Positions 13,527 to 29,415 are shown, counted from the stretch's first letter. The stretch is 64,000 nucleotides of DNA from Octopus vulgaris (GCA_951406725.2 OX597826.1:15004001-15068000), one strand, 5' to 3'. The notes: generated from the letters alone by a model not told the origin. Translations and numbers: made by a program.

Positions 13527-15764
13527 GGGATTGCAACAACCGCTGAATACTCCTTCATTATAACGGGTAGTGAGGAAATGCAATTGTGTGTTGTATGAAA
13601 CAGAACCTTATATTCTTATATCCTTTGCAGCATTAAACATCTCCTATCGCTTTACAGAATACCACTACAGCTGGAAAAAATTCGCCACTGACTTCAGACT
13701 CAACGGGATAAGTGAAAGGTTGATTGAACTACTGGAAAGTTTTCTCGTTTCCCCAGTTCTCATGGAAATAAAAAAAGCCAGATTAGACCTACAATATTCT
13801 AGCAGTACAAATTTAAGCATTAATCATTTATTACATCGATAGTCTTCGGTTCAATCCCAGTCAGACAGATGGCTTTATCAGATTCACTGAGGATATTTTT
13901 TGAAAGACCTATTTCAAGTGTCTTTTTTTCCCCACTGCTTTCGCGGATTCCCATGACTCTCTGTCACCATTCAGTTCTGCTATTATGAATTCTGAGCTAG
14001 GAGCTTGAGTCGTAGGGAATCATTCATTAGCTGATTATACAACCATGGACTCCACTCCTATGAGTGCTTTGTAGTCACTCTCTTGTTAGAGTTTGGTGAT
14101 CCTGGCCGTTGGTCTTCTTGGATTCCTCTGTTCAGCTGCAATGAAAGAAGCACCGTTGACTCAGTTGTGCTCTTCTGCTGCTTATTCACAATTCGCCATA
14201 CTGCAGTCTGGTGGCTTCACCGTATCCTTGGCTGGATGGCTAAACAGGTGCCATGCCTGGAGCATCTTTGATTAAGCCACCTGAATGAATATTGATCTGG
14301 TGCTTATCCTCCTCTTATGCCTCCTGTATCCCCTTCTCTGATTCCTTCCTCTCCTCCTCATCGTTGCTGCCGCCGCCGTCAATGTCATCATCAGTGACGA
14401 TAAGACTACAACTCCACCAGCCCATATCTATGCAGCCAACGTTTCCACTTTTTGAGATATTTTCAAAATACCCACAAACTATCAAGAAACTTAAACTGTT
14501 GTGTAATATGCTCAATCCAGATAGCAGGAAGCAAAGCATATTCTACATATGAGAAGCCAATCTCTATACCTCACATGTCAGTGAAGTTAATGAAGAAATG
14601 GTGAGAAGCTGATTCCGCTTTTAGGAGGAAATGCTCTGATAGCTAACACCCTATACCTCATCCACCCAGGATGAAGTTACTTCTCACAGTTCCTGCAGCA
14701 TCAGAACTACGTATTGAACATTAGTTCAATAATATTAAAAACAAATAAGTTGGATAATGATGTAAATCAAATCACCCGTTGGAATTTGGCCATAGCAGCA
14801 TTAAGAATGTGTTTTCACCAGGTCAAAACCTCGGTAATATCGAGGCCCAACTTTTGGAGTGATTGTTGTGATAGAATCATATGCTGCACATGATTTTAGT
14901 GGTATGTGTTGCGATGATATTTTCGTGATATGAGTTGTGTTTGTGTTTTCTTGTTGGGAGAGACGAGATTAGTATTGGAGGAAGCTTTCGTGGTTTCTGT
15001 TCTTGGATTTGCGCACGTGTGACGCTTGGTATTTAGTCTGCGAGTGGATAAAATATGGTTGGGATAGGGTTAGGGAAGTATGAAGTTTCATTTGCATAAT
15101 TGCGTGCGTTGCTGGACACAACAAATAAGTCGCTTATATAAAATGATAGGAGACTGGTTGACGAAACCAACATTGAAAGATACCAGATTTGATACACTGA
15201 GGACCAAAAGCAAAAAGAAAGAAAAAACCGTCTGATAGGAAGCTACCGGTTCAAGAAATGGATGGAAGTCGGATAGGTCCCTTAGGGAGCAATTATGATT
15301 GGGGATTTGCATGTCAGATATGTTCGGTTGTTTTGCTGAGAGCAAAACCCACCTGGTGAGTGAATTTAGTCCATGTCTAATTTGATAGCACTGCTACCTG
15401 GAAAAGGTATATAATGGTACTTCTTCGTATTACACATTTGGCACCATAGCCTATTCGAGTAAAGAATTATTTTTTGCTTGAATATATCTGGATGTTGGTG
15501 GATTATCTCGAATTTGTGGGAGATAATCGCCCTGGACACATTTGAATGTTATGACGAGCGAAGGGGAGAAGTGAAGGATAATGGTAGAAATGTGTTTAGA
15601 CTGAAAAGTGCTGAGAATCCAGGAGCATGCCCTTCGGACCAGGTCGGTTTTGTTGTTTATATTGGCCCTCCACACATACGTACATACATATATGCATACA
15701 TGCATGCATACATACATACATACATACGTATATACATACGTACATACATATATACATACATATA

Positions 15765-15831
<67 letters not shown>

Positions 15832-15832
<1 letters not shown>

Positions 15833-16200
15833 ACTCTTTTTACTTGTTTCAGTCATTTGACTGCGGCCATGCTGGAGCACCGCCTTTAGTCGAGCAAATC
15901 AACCCCGGGACTTATTCTATCGGTCTCTTTTGCCGAACCGCTAAGTTACGGGGACGTAAACACACCAGCATCGGTTGTCAAGCAATGCTAGGGGAACAAA
16001 CACAGACACACAAACATATTCACACACACTTATATATATATATACATATATACGACAGGCTTCTTTCAGTTTCCATCTACCAAATCCACTCATAAGGCAT
16101 TGGTCGGCCCGGGGCTATAGCAGAAGATGCCACGCAGTGGGACTGAACCCGGAACCATGTGGTTGGTTAGCAAGCTACTTACCAAACAGCCACTCCTGCG

Positions 16201-16202
<2 letters not shown>
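15832..16202 (-). mobile_element. SINE family A
   Basis: Consensus match with small deletions. Confidence 0.85.
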
Positions 16203-16264
<62 letters not shown>

Positions 16265-16742
16265 ATTGAAATTTACAGAAAGCAAAAGACGAAGACAAGT
16301 GAAAGAACAACATGAAAGAAGAATGGAAAAGTCTTTTACGTTTCGAGCCTACGCTCTTCGAAAAAGGATTAAGAGGAAATAAACGGAGAGAGAATGAAAA
16401 AAAACCCCCTAAAAACCGAGTGAAACAAATGTGCAGGGATAAGGGATGACCACTATGTGGACAACCCTAATGCTAGAAGTAGATCCGCTATGGTCTTACC
16501 ACTAAGAAATGTTCTCTAGATAATTTAGCAAACACCAGAAACGTAACCGAGCAAAGCAATGGAAAAGTAACAAAAACATATTAATCATAAACAATGTTTC
16601 ACTAGGGTTGTCCACACAGGAGTCCACCCCTCTCATATGTATGAAATACAATTTACTGAACCTTCAGTTTTTTTAATATGCAGACCACTGGTGTTAAATT
16701 GATGTTATCAAATTAATATCCAATTTTTCATCCTCATTTTGA

Positions 16743-16793
<51 letters not shown>

Positions 16794-16801
16794 ATGTGTG
16801 C

Positions 16802-16837
<36 letters not shown>

Positions 16838-16965
16838 CATATATACATACATGTGTGTATGTGTACACACTCGCACATATAGTGATTAAATTACTAATGT
16901 GCGCTGAACTGTGTAACTTTATAACAAAATAATAGATTACACATACCGCGCACGCACACCCAACT

Positions 16966-17019
<54 letters not shown>

Positions 17020-18519
17020 ACTCAGAGTTTGGGTTTCAAGGCTTATAGCTAAACTGCATTTGCTTTTTTATACTCCATATTAAAGAAATTAGGAAGAGTT
17101 CACCACACGAAAAACTCAAGAAAAGTTTATTTTCATCAAAAATTGAAAAAAACAAAGAAATGAAATATAAAACTATTATGAGGAACATCTATTAGTTTAA
17201 AAAAAATCGAAAGGCCAAGGTAAAAGAAAAAAAAAACAACAGAAATCTAGCAAAAATCTGAATATAAACTTAAGAAATGACAATTCTAAACGCTAGGGAA
17301 ACAGTAAAAGCGCAAATGTTACTTGTTGCGGCGGACACGCCCACTTGGTGATTGTTTCATGTTCAGCAGCCAATGATATTCGAGGTTGGCGTGAAACGTG
17401 TAGAAAAATACAAAGTGTATTCATGCATTGAATGGTGGTGAGTGTGTCGGTATTTGTATGAAGTGGGGGGAAGAAAGACTGATCCCAACGGGGGGGAAAG
17501 AAATTGTGAATGAAGAAAAAAGTATCGAGAGATAGAAGTACTTTTCTTGTACCCCAATTTTTTTTTCTTAAAGGGGACACACCGCAAATACACACACACA
17601 CGCGCACACACACACATTGATTAGATAACGTTTATTTTCTGTGAATAGTTTACTTTAACATCGGCGCAGGCGTGGCTACGTGGTAAGGAGTCTGACTCGC
17701 AACTTCCAGAACTTAAGTAGATGTCTTCCGCTATAACCCTAGGCCAGCTGAGGGTATTTTGTAGATGGAAACTGAAAGAGACCTGTTATACACACACAAA
17801 CACACACAAACACACACACACAAACACACACACACACACATGTACATGAAGTGCAGACATTATATATGTGCATATGTGTATGTGTGTGCTTGTGTATCTT
17901 GTATTTGTCCATCACCATCACCACAATCACCACCACCACCATCACGGCAGACGAAATACGGCTACGCATTTCGCCCGGCGTGCTAACGATTCTGCCAGCT
18001 CGCCGCCAGATGAAGATAGATCTTGTCTGCGACACACTTTCGTTAACTCTAACTTGTTTCACTGGTAACAGATATATAAAAAAAAATCTGGGTTCGATAG
18101 TATAGACACAAACGCTCACACCAAATTGCTGGCCTTGTGCCAATATTTGAAATTAATAACTATTGCTTGAGTGATAACATCCATTTGTCCATTTAACAAT
18201 GTATATTTGTTGCTTCTCTTTAATTTGTGAAGTTATACATGTGTTAGGAAAACGCCGTGGTTGATTATGTCGAAGCCCTGTTACAAAAAGGATGATATAA
18301 TAATCAAGAACCGTATCTAAAAATGGCAAGACACATCAGGGTCTTTATAAATTAATGCTAATTATTTAATTTTTTTCCATTTCCCTAAACAGGAATTATG
18401 TTTTATTATTTCTTAATGAAGTCATTGCGGGTTTGCAAGTGAGTTACAAAAGCACTGGATTAAGTTATAATATTTAATTAAAGAAAGAGAAAAAACAAGA
18501 ATGGAACACACATACACAC

Positions 18520-18557
<38 letters not shown>

Positions 18558-18682
18558 ACACATATAGGTACGTATGTATATCTATCTATCGATCTATCTA
18601 TCTATCTACCCGTCTATCTATTTATCCATCCATTCATCCATCTATCTATCTATCAATATACATACATACATACATACATATA

Positions 18683-18813
18683 TCATCACCATCATTGTTC
18701 GACGCCAGACGGTCCATCATAGCATTACGGAGGTCCTGTTGCTGGATGCCTGTATCCCTGGAGATTACAACAGGGTAAGAGTGTGTGCGCCCTCTGGTAT
18801 TGCGAGTAGATGG

Positions 18814-18816
<3 letters not shown>
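18683..18816 (-). mobile_element. 5'-truncated RTE LINE 3' end
   Basis: Reverse complement of 63785-63955 with an internal deletion; (TGA)n tail. Confidence 0.75.
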
Positions 18817-18851
<35 letters not shown>

Positions 18852-18854
<3 letters not shown>

Positions 18855-19145
18855 TCTTTTACTCTTTTACTCTTTTACTTGTTTCAGCCATCCGGCTGAG
18901 GCCATGCTGGGGCACCGCCCTTGTTGCTACCCTCTCTAAGTCCAGTTTGCCGTGGCTGGCCACTGATCTAAGAGAGAGTTTGTAGCTGCTGCCCTTAGGT
19001 TACCTTCGTACCTTGCAGTGGGTTCATCTGGGATCCCGGAAAGCAGCTTGTCTAGATGTTTTTTGAAAATGTCCACATCCGCATCATGTAGATCTCTTAG
19101 TTTTCTTGGCAGTTTGTTGAAAAGCTGAGGGCCCCTGAACCCCAT
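18852..19145 (-). mobile_element. CR1-like LINE 3' end (ORF2 C-terminus plus 3' UTR)
   Basis: GFRGPQLFNKLP...FKKHLDKLLSGIPDEP is a CR1-type C-terminus. The 3' UTR ends GGCGGTGCCCCAGCATGGCC...(AAAAGAGT)n. Confidence 0.8.
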
Positions 19146-20354
19146 AATATATATAATCTTTTAATTATTCCAGCCACTTGATGGTCGCCTTTGAAGGATT
19201 TTAGTCGAACGAAACAAAGGCAATATTTATTAACTGTATGTAAAAACGTGGTACTTATTCTCTTGTGCTGGAACGTAATGTTGCAGGACGTAAACACACA
19301 AAGACCGGATGTCAAAAGCAGGTGGTAGCAGACAAACATATACAAAGAAACGTTTATATACATATATATACTCACACACACACACATATATGTGAGTGTG
19401 TGTGTGTGTATATATATATATACAGAAAATGCTAAAATAATTTTATCATGAAGAACATTTTAGTACTGGTTTCAGTTTTGCGAGAAAGACAATAAAATTC
19501 TGGAAAAATTAAATGAAATGTTTTTAAAAATATTTCCATAGACCTCAAATGCAAGGGATATTTTCCTTTCTTTCACTCTGTCTCTGTCACTCTATTTTAC
19601 TCACCTGAGATCTTGGTAGCAGGTACCAGGTAGTAGTAGTAGTTGGGCTAAAACCCGGAAATATGTGGTTGGGAAGCAAGTTTCTTACTACAGGGAGGTG
19701 CCGCCAGAGTTTGCAAGGTAGGCAGTACCTACCTTAAATAAAATAGATCGATAGCAGCATTTTCCTCACATGGCAAAATATGTAAATAATTCAATAAAAT
19801 TATGAAGGTTAGCCTGATTACTATACATAAAATGCAGAATGTTTGAGTTTTTTTGCATAATTCGCCCCTGCTTTTCAATCTCAGCATTTAAGCTACGCAG
19901 AGTTCTGCTGTTGTACACATGTAGAGCACATTTCTACAACAAAGTTTCCATTACGTACTATAAAGGCAGAAATGGATCTGCCTACAACGCACTCCTGAGC
20001 CTGTGTTTCGGTAATTTTTATGTGTTTTTATTAAAGCATATATATTTATATTTTTCCAGAATTTAATTGTTTTTCAAGCAAAACGGAAACCAGTACTAAA
20101 ATGCTCTTCATGATAAAATTATTTTTGCATTTTCTGCCTTGTCTTACTTTGCTTATATATATATATATATATATATATATGTAATGGGCGCCAACTGCTT
20201 ATCCAGAGTAATTACTGTTGGCACGTGCCTGACACACACAAACACACACATATATATACAGGCACTCTTTTGTATATAAGTATGTATGTATGCATATATA
20301 TACACATACACATATTTTTGTATGTACATATATATATAAACGTATGTGTGTGTA

Positions 20355-20395
<41 letters not shown>

Positions 20396-20397
20396 AT

Positions 20398-20476
<79 letters not shown>

Positions 20477-20571
20477 TGACAGTAAGGGATTACCCCCAAA
20501 AGATTGCCGACTTACAGGTATTCAACATATGTTATCCGACAGTTAAGGTATAAATCCAATAAAGGTCTATG

Positions 20572-20625
<54 letters not shown>

Positions 20626-20946
20626 ATATATATATACGTATATTTATGTATATATATATACATATATTTATGCATATATATACATATATATATGTAAATA
20701 TATATATGCATATATATGTATGTATATATATATATAAATATATGTATGTATGTATATATATATAAATATATATACAAGCATGTACATATATATATCCACA
20801 TATATCTATATATATAAACATATATACATATATACATACATGTACCTATATATATCCATATACATGCATATATATATATATATACATAGATATCCATATA
20901 TTTATATATACATATATGTATATATACATATATATTTATATATATG

Positions 20947-21545
20947 TGCGTAGGAGTGGCTGTGTGGTAAGTAGCTTGTTTACCAACCACATGGTTCCGG
21001 GTTCAGTCCCACTGCGTGGCACTTTGGCCAAGTGTTTTCTGCTATAGCCTCGAGCCGACCAAAGCCTTGTGAGTGGATTTGGTAGACGGAAACTGAAAGA
21101 AGCCCGTCGTATATATCTATATATATATATATGTGCGTGTGTGTTTGTGTGTGTCCCCCTAACCGATGCTGGTGTGTTTATGTCCCCGTCACTTAGCGGT
21201 TCGGCAAAAGAGACCGATAGAATAAGTACTGGGCTTACAAAGAATAAGTCCCAGGGTCGAGTTGCTCGATTAAAGGTGGTGCTCCAGCATGGCCGCAGTC
21301 AAATGACTGAAACAAGTAAAAGAGAGTATACATATATATATATACAAGTAGATGTATAAATATATATACATATATATGTATACATATATCTATATATACA
21401 TATATAGATAAATACATGTATATATACATATAAGTATATACATATAAATATACATACATACATATATAAATATATATCTACATATATATATAAATATATG
21501 TAAATATACCTACATATAAGTATTTATATATATGTATATACGTAT

Positions 21546-21604
<59 letters not shown>

Positions 21605-21999
21605 CCGAGGAGTGGCTGTGTGGTAAGTAGCTTGCTAACCAGCCACATGGTTCCGGGTTCAGTCCCACTGCGTGGCATCTTGGGCAAGTGTCTTCTGCTA
21701 TAGCCCCGGGCCGACCAATGCCTTGTGAGTGGATTTGGTAGACGGAAACTGAAAGAAGTCTGTCGTATATATGTATATATATGTATGGGTGTGTGTGTAT
21801 ATGTTTGTGTTTGTCCCCCTAGCATTGCTTGACAACCAATGCTGGTGTGTTTACGTCCCTGTCACTTAGCGGTTCGGCAAAAGAGACCGATAGAATAAAT
21901 ACTGGGCTTACAAAGAATAAGTCCCGGGGTCGATTTGCTCGACTAAAGGCGGTGCTCCAGCATGGCCGCAGTCAAATGACTGAAACAAGTAAAAGAGTA
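20947..21999 (+). mobile_element. Two tandem SINE family A copies (20947-21328, 21603-21999)
   Basis: Consensus matches. Confidence 0.85.
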
Positions 22000-22433
22000 T
22001 ATATTTACACATACATATACATATACGTTCACATATATTTATATATACATACATATACATATACATATATATATATATATATACACATGCATAAATATAC
22101 ATAAATATACATATATCTATTCACAAATACATATACATATATATATACGTTTATACATGTAATACACACACACATATATATACACATCAATATTTATACA
22201 TGTATATAGATATATAAATATACATATACATATATACATATACATACACACATATATATCCATACATATATATAGGTATATATATACATATGTACATAGT
22301 CAATTCAAAAAGTAAGACAAAAAGAAAGAGCAATCAAATGTTTGTACGTAGCACAAGAAATATAAATAAATAAATCTATCTATCTATCTATATATATATA
22401 CATATATATATATTATTTATATTATTATAAGTT

Positions 22434-22462
22434 TTACCTGTATATATATATATATGAAACAC

Positions 22463-22493
<31 letters not shown>

Positions 22494-22814
22494 CATATGT
22501 ATATATATGTATATATACATACATATATACATACTTATATATATATACATATATATATACATACTTATATATATATACATATATATATACATACTTATAT
22601 ATATATATGCATATATATATACATACTTATATATATATACATATATATATATACATATACCTATACATATGCATATATATACATATGCATATATATACAT
22701 ATGCATATATATACATATGCATATATATATATATACATGCATATATATATATACATGCATATATACATACTTATATATATATACATATATATATACATAT
22801 ACCTATACATATGC

Positions 22815-22847
<33 letters not shown>

Positions 22848-23020
22848 CATATACTTATATATATATATACATATATACATATACTTATATATATATATAC
22901 ATATACTTATATACATATACATATATATATACATATACATATATATATACATATACATATATATATATACATATACATATATATATACGTATATATACAT
23001 CTATATATACATATATATGT

Positions 23021-23075
<55 letters not shown>

Positions 23076-23090
23076 TGTATATACACAGAT
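22434..23090. repeat. AT/TACA low-complexity array
   Basis: Direct inspection. Confidence 0.9.
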
Positions 23091-23424
23091 AGATAACAAG
23101 AAAGATAGACGGCATGAGAAGCATTGACTATTGGGGTCGACTAAAAAACTCAATCTCTACTCTCTCCAACGCCGCCCGGAGCGCTACATCATTTGTGCTA
23201 AGTGAAAAATATTCCATTAATATTGCACAAATAATTTTGTCATCAATTTTAAAATCCATCGAAGACTTGGCACCCTGTTCCATCCGCCCACTACAAAAAT
23301 CGAACTCAGAACACATAGTAATAAGATTAGGTCACAATAACTGTGCTTGAACCGGTTCAGCTCTCTTTAATACCAAATTACGACGAAATAGAAACGGGTA
23401 CCATAAAATTCAAAAGTTCCCTAC

Positions 23425-24020
23425 TCTCTTCTCTTCTCTTCATCTGACACCTACTTCCTCTCTTCACTCCTACCCACATTCTCTGTTCATTGATACCCTT
23501 CCCCATTTCACCCTAACCTGCACCCACATGCCCACCCCTCAAGCACACACACCACCCATCCACCCGAAAACCCCACCCTACATCACTCTACACACACTAG
23601 CAAAGACAACTTTCCAGCTTCCACACACCCAAACACCATCATCCACACACTTACACGTTACAGACATACCCACACTCGCTCACATCCACACACACCAAGG
23701 TCACTAGCCCCTATCCACACACTAATACATTCTCAATTACACACACACGCACGAGCATCTTCGTTTTGGGATCGCCAGTTCTTTATTATTTCCCCTTCTT
23801 TCAACTTCTGCGAAACCGGTTTTTCCCCCAGCCGGTTGCATGCATAACCTTTAAATCCACAAGGTTTTTTATGGTCCCATTTTATTTTCTCGTTTCACCT
23901 TCTTTTGAAAAGCGTAGGCTCCAAACATAAACGACTTTCTCACTTTGCCGAGCGTCAAACTAATACACCTGCTTGTTGTTCATACACTTGTCTTCGATTT
24001 TTTTTGTTTTTCTGTTCTCC
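23425..24020 (+). mobile_element. Penelope-like element 3' region / pseudo-LTR with a decayed hammerhead motif
   Basis: 23425-23505 matches the sequence just 3' of the GIY-YIG ORF (56115-56185). 23900-23935 (AAGCGTAGGCTCCAAACATA) is a degenerate copy of the motif at 16333-16368. Confidence 0.65.
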
Positions 24021-24034
24021 ACACACACACATAC

Positions 24035-24105
<71 letters not shown>

Positions 24106-24116
24106 ATACATATATA

Positions 24117-25570
24117 CTAGCAGAGATACTCGGCGTGGCCCGTGTCATATGGAATTGAAGAATTAGAATTTTCTTTTATATTTTATATACCTGTGATTCG
24201 AAATTCATCAAAATTGCAGATGGAGAATTTTAATGAGGGTTCTTTCCATCTTGACACAACCTAACAAAAATTATTCTAATCATGGCACATTTATCCCATG
24301 CTACTTATCGTTATGGCCAGATGCTAAAATTCAAGTCTTATGGAACCTATTGAAAGGTTTTTGCTCCTGAAAAATGGAACTCATGGAGCTCTGAAATGTT
24401 GGAGTTAAGGCACATTTTGGGTGGGTGGGGGGTATCTTAAAGTCACCCAGAGAAGTTGAATTGTTCGAATCTTTTTAACTTGGATCTTATATATTGTTCA
24501 AATTTCTTTGAAATCTGAAATATTTTTATGTTCACTGGGTTTGTAAAAGCAAAGGTAGAGGAAACCAAAAGAGGAATGATCGCAATAAGCAGTCAGCTAC
24601 TCTACTCTAGTTGTAACCACTGCCCAATGTAAGATTCCTCACCACACAGGTGAAGGGTACAGCCGTAAGATGGATTACGGATCTATAGCAATTGGAAGGA
24701 CGTGACCCAACTCAAATAAACATTAACAACTGTGTGACGTGAGGGCTAAGGAGAAATGAAAGTGTCACCTCTGAAATTTGCCAATGATCACTATGCCGTT
24801 AGGTGACTGGACAGAATAAATTTGCAATTTAAAAATCTATTTTAATAACCAGTCACTTATCTGGGAAGGCCTTGAAATCAATGTTACCATCTGGAGATTA
24901 TCTCTGATAATAAAATGACTCGAAGGAGGTCTGCAACCAAATAACTTCACTCAACACTTCGCAACTGAACCAGTGGAGGCAAAGATGCAACACGTTGCAC
25001 AATTCACAATTTAAGCAAAGTCTTACACTGTTGTACTAATGAATTACAAATAACGCTCATCATTTATGCTTGCGTGACCCTAGAGCTTCCAAGAGTACAA
25101 TTGTATTCGTTTTGGCTTCAGAAAAATGACTAAATTTTGGATGCTAAGCCCCCAATAAGGGGTATTACTAATTTCTAACTATTTGAAATTTTAGAAATAT
25201 TGCTTCATTTGTGTGTAATATCTATAAGTTAAAATCTCATCAACAGGAAAATATGTATGAAATTTCAAGAGGAAAATGGCCTCATTTATGCCACCGCACT
25301 TTCAAATGTATACTGTATTATATCTGTCAGTATGCATAGAAAAAAATTTCCAAATTTTATGAAGATCCATTCAGTAATTTTCACCTAGTTTTGGATCATA
25401 AAAAAAGACTGAAATTAAGAGTTCAGACCCTGATTAGAAGGTGTTAGAAGGCCCATGAGAAGCGGAAAGATTGGGAACGTTTCTTGATGTGTGTCATTTA
25501 CGGTGAAAATTTCATCAAAGTCGTAAATATATACAAGCATATATATATATATAAACATCCATCCACACAC
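24117..25570 (-). mobile_element. Non-autonomous Helitron-like element
   Basis: Minus strand reads ACGGGCCACGCCGAGTATCTCTG-CTAG|T (hairpin plus CTAG 3' end). Internal AAATTTCATCAA-like repeats. The far boundary is approximate. Confidence 0.5.
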
Positions 25571-25593
25571 ACACATATAGAATATATACATAT

Positions 25594-25755
25594 AGTGGCT
25601 GTGTGGTAAGTAGCTTGTTTACCAACCACATGCTTCCGGGTTCAGTCCCACTGCGTGGCACCTTAGGCATCTGTCTTCTACTATAGCCCAGGGCCGACCA
25701 AGTCTTGTGAGTGGATTTGGTAGACGGAAACTGAAAGAAGCCTGTCGTATATATG

Positions 25756-25786
<31 letters not shown>

Positions 25787-25998
25787 TTGTGTATCTGTGT
25801 TTGTTCTCCTAGCATTACTTGACAATCGATGCTGGTGAGTTTATGTCCCCGTTACTTAGCGGTTCGGCAAAAGCGACCGATAGAATAAGTACTGGGCTTA
25901 CAAAAGAATAAGTCTCGGGGTTGAGTTGCTCGATTAAAGGCGGTGCTCCAGCATGGCCGCAGTCAAATGACTTAAACAAGTAAAAGAGTAAAAGAGTA
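25594..25998 (+). mobile_element. SINE family A
   Basis: Consensus match. Confidence 0.85.
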
Positions 25999-26043
25999 TA
26001 TATAGATAAAAATACATAAATCAATAGACAACATATTCATATT

Positions 26044-26261
26044 TCAAAATAGAAAATTACCCTTTAACAGGTAATTTTTACATGCTAGAAACACCAGCCA
26101 ACACGGCCAAAAACCACAATTTGAGAGCAAATTTCGAAGTAGATGAAAAATAAAAACCTTTACCTTTCGAAATTTGCTATCAAATTGTGGTTTTTGGCCC
26201 GTGTTGGCTGCTATTTCTAGCATGTAAAAATTACCTGTGAAAGGGTAATTTTCTATTTTGA
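26044..26261. repeat. Near-perfect palindrome with roughly 90-bp arms in an AT microsatellite
   Basis: TCAAAATAGAAAATTACCCTTT... / ...AAAGGGTAATTTTCTATTTTGA. Confidence 0.85.
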
Positions 26262-26549
26262 CATATGTATATACACATATACTTACATATAGACATACAA
26301 ATACATATGTATATACATGTATATATATACATACATATCTATACGTATACATATACACATACATATATATACATATATACACATACACATACATATCTAT
26401 ATACACGTATATATATACATATATACATGCATATATGCACATATATACATACATACATATATACATACAACATATATATATATACATATACTACATACAT
26501 TCACACACACATATATGTATAATTTAATGTGTCTGATTCCTATCTGTGT

Positions 26550-26590
<41 letters not shown>

Positions 26591-26784
26591 AATATGTATA
26601 CATATTAAATAATATCTACATACATAAATACATATATATAAATATCCATACTTATATATACATATACATGCATATATATACATAAATATACATACATATA
26701 CATACGTATATATATACATATATATATATACATACTACATACATATATATATAGATATATAGATATACATATACATATACATAC

Positions 26785-26822
<38 letters not shown>

Positions 26823-26950
26823 TATATACATTCACACACATACATACATGTGTCTGATATATATATGTGCATACATACATATATATACATATGTATATGT
26901 GCATACATATATATATAAACACACGTACATATACATACATACAAATATAT

Positions 26951-27020
<70 letters not shown>

Positions 27021-27164
27021 GCATCTATACATGTACATATATATGTATATATATACAGAAATATATATTTTCAAACATATATGTATAAATACATATATAT
27101 AAATATATGTATACATACATATAAACATATACATATATATGTACAAACATGCATATATATATAT

Positions 27165-27204
<40 letters not shown>

Positions 27205-27584
27205 GCATAAATACTTACATATGTATACATACATAAGTATATTTATATACATAAATACATAGGTATACATACGTTAGTACGTATATATATGTATATACGT
27301 ATTTATACATACGTAAACAAGCACACACATATATATATATATATACAATATAAATAATATATAGATATGTGCATATATACATACATATATATGTACCTAT
27401 CTACATATATATGTATATATACACGCATAAACGGGTGAAGGACATCCATGAGAAACGGAAAGCTAAAAACAAAAACATATAAACGAACCTTTTTTCAAAT
27501 AACGAAAAAGAAGAGTACAAGACATACAACACAGAATACATATATGTATATACATACATCTACCTATATATATATATATATAAG

Positions 27585-27619
<35 letters not shown>

Positions 27620-27623
27620 CATG

Positions 27624-27659
<36 letters not shown>

Positions 27660-28690
27660 GATATATATATACATATACGTATATGCACAAATTTATATTT
27701 ATGTGTATTTACATATATATATGCATACACATATACATACACACACATATATATATACATACATGTGTATATACATATATATATATATATACATTAATGC
27801 ATACGTATATATATATATATATACATAAAATTATACATAAATACATATATATACATACGTACATATATATATTTATATATATATATATGTATATACACAC
27901 ATCCATATATATATATATACACACGCACATATACGCACAGATATATATATATACATATATATGCATGCATATATGTATGGTGATGTGTTTATCTTCATAT
28001 CCATATGTTTACATACAAGTATATATATACACACACACACATACATACATCTATGTACAAAACAGTCCACTAACTATTCTACACTACCTGTGTAAACTGT
28101 GGGTATGGAGGTATGATATCTACTAATATATATTTCCTATTTAGCATTGTGGAAGTTTCATTCATAAGGGCGTACTTCCGTATTTGTCTGAGTGTTGGGT
28201 CTTTCGGGTGCATGGATAAGATGCGGATGTCAAGTTGACCCTCCACGGTGGTCTTTGGCATTTTGGTATTGCATGGAGCACTGTTTTTTGTCGTTATATT
28301 GTCTCAGATACAGACGGATAGGTACATAGGTGTATATGAATAGACAAGCATACATACGTAAAGGGAGGCTGAAACACGACCATATATACACACACACTTT
28401 ACTCCACACAAAGACACATACGGAGACACGTGTCCACACATATAGAGATGCACATCCATACATACAAACATGGTACATAGTTGCAAAACACACAAACACA
28501 CACACAGACATGCACACACAAGGAGACAGAGGTGCATACATATACAAACACACGCTCACACACACACACATACATAAAAAATACACACGCACGAATATGC
28601 AAGCACATGAATATGCAGTATACATACATACAGATGCACACACATACATACATATATACATATGCATACACACACGTGTATACATACACG

Positions 28691-28738
<48 letters not shown>

Positions 28739-29038
28739 CACACATGCGCACAAACAAACAAAAAAGAACGCAATGTAAGTAACGGACAGAGTCAAGACTA
28801 TTGAAAAGGTTTGCAAGACGCAACGAAAATTTTAGGAAAATAAAAATAAGAAATAAGTGGAAATTTCACCGGTGAGTGCGTTGAATTATAAGTCGCAAAA
28901 AGAAAATGACTCTCCCCAGACACAATAGTATATACATATACTTATACAGAAATATATTAATATATACATATATATGCACATATAGAAATGAATTAATCTA
29001 TTAAAACATGCATATATAGAAATATATTAATATATATA

Positions 29039-29069
<31 letters not shown>

Positions 29070-29415
29070 CCATACATGTGAATATATATGTATGTATACG
29101 CATGTGTGTGTATGTAAGTATGAAGAGAGAGAGAGAAACAGGGAGAAGGATAGAGACAGAAATATGAAATCTATTAATGCCATCATTTAGGCACGTAAAT
29201 CATAGGCGTATCTGTGTGTGCATATTACATATATACACACACACATACACACACACATGTATATGTATATATATGGAATTCGTCTTCAAGTTCTCATAAC
29301 TATTTTTTTTTATATTATAAGGAACTTTAAAAAAATTTTTGCGAATTTGTACTCAACACAGTGGAGAACATATGGCGTTCTTAAATCAGAATTCTGCAAT
29401 ATGTATATATATAAA

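Noticed and set aside
13527-15660. Unique-looking sequence with short ORFs after the gap
   Set aside because: No recognisable domain or exon structure; left unexplained, possibly a decayed transposon.
23128-23316. Mariner N-terminus-like peptide (MDFKIDDKIICAILMEYF)
   Set aside because: Suggestive, but a second TIR was not found.
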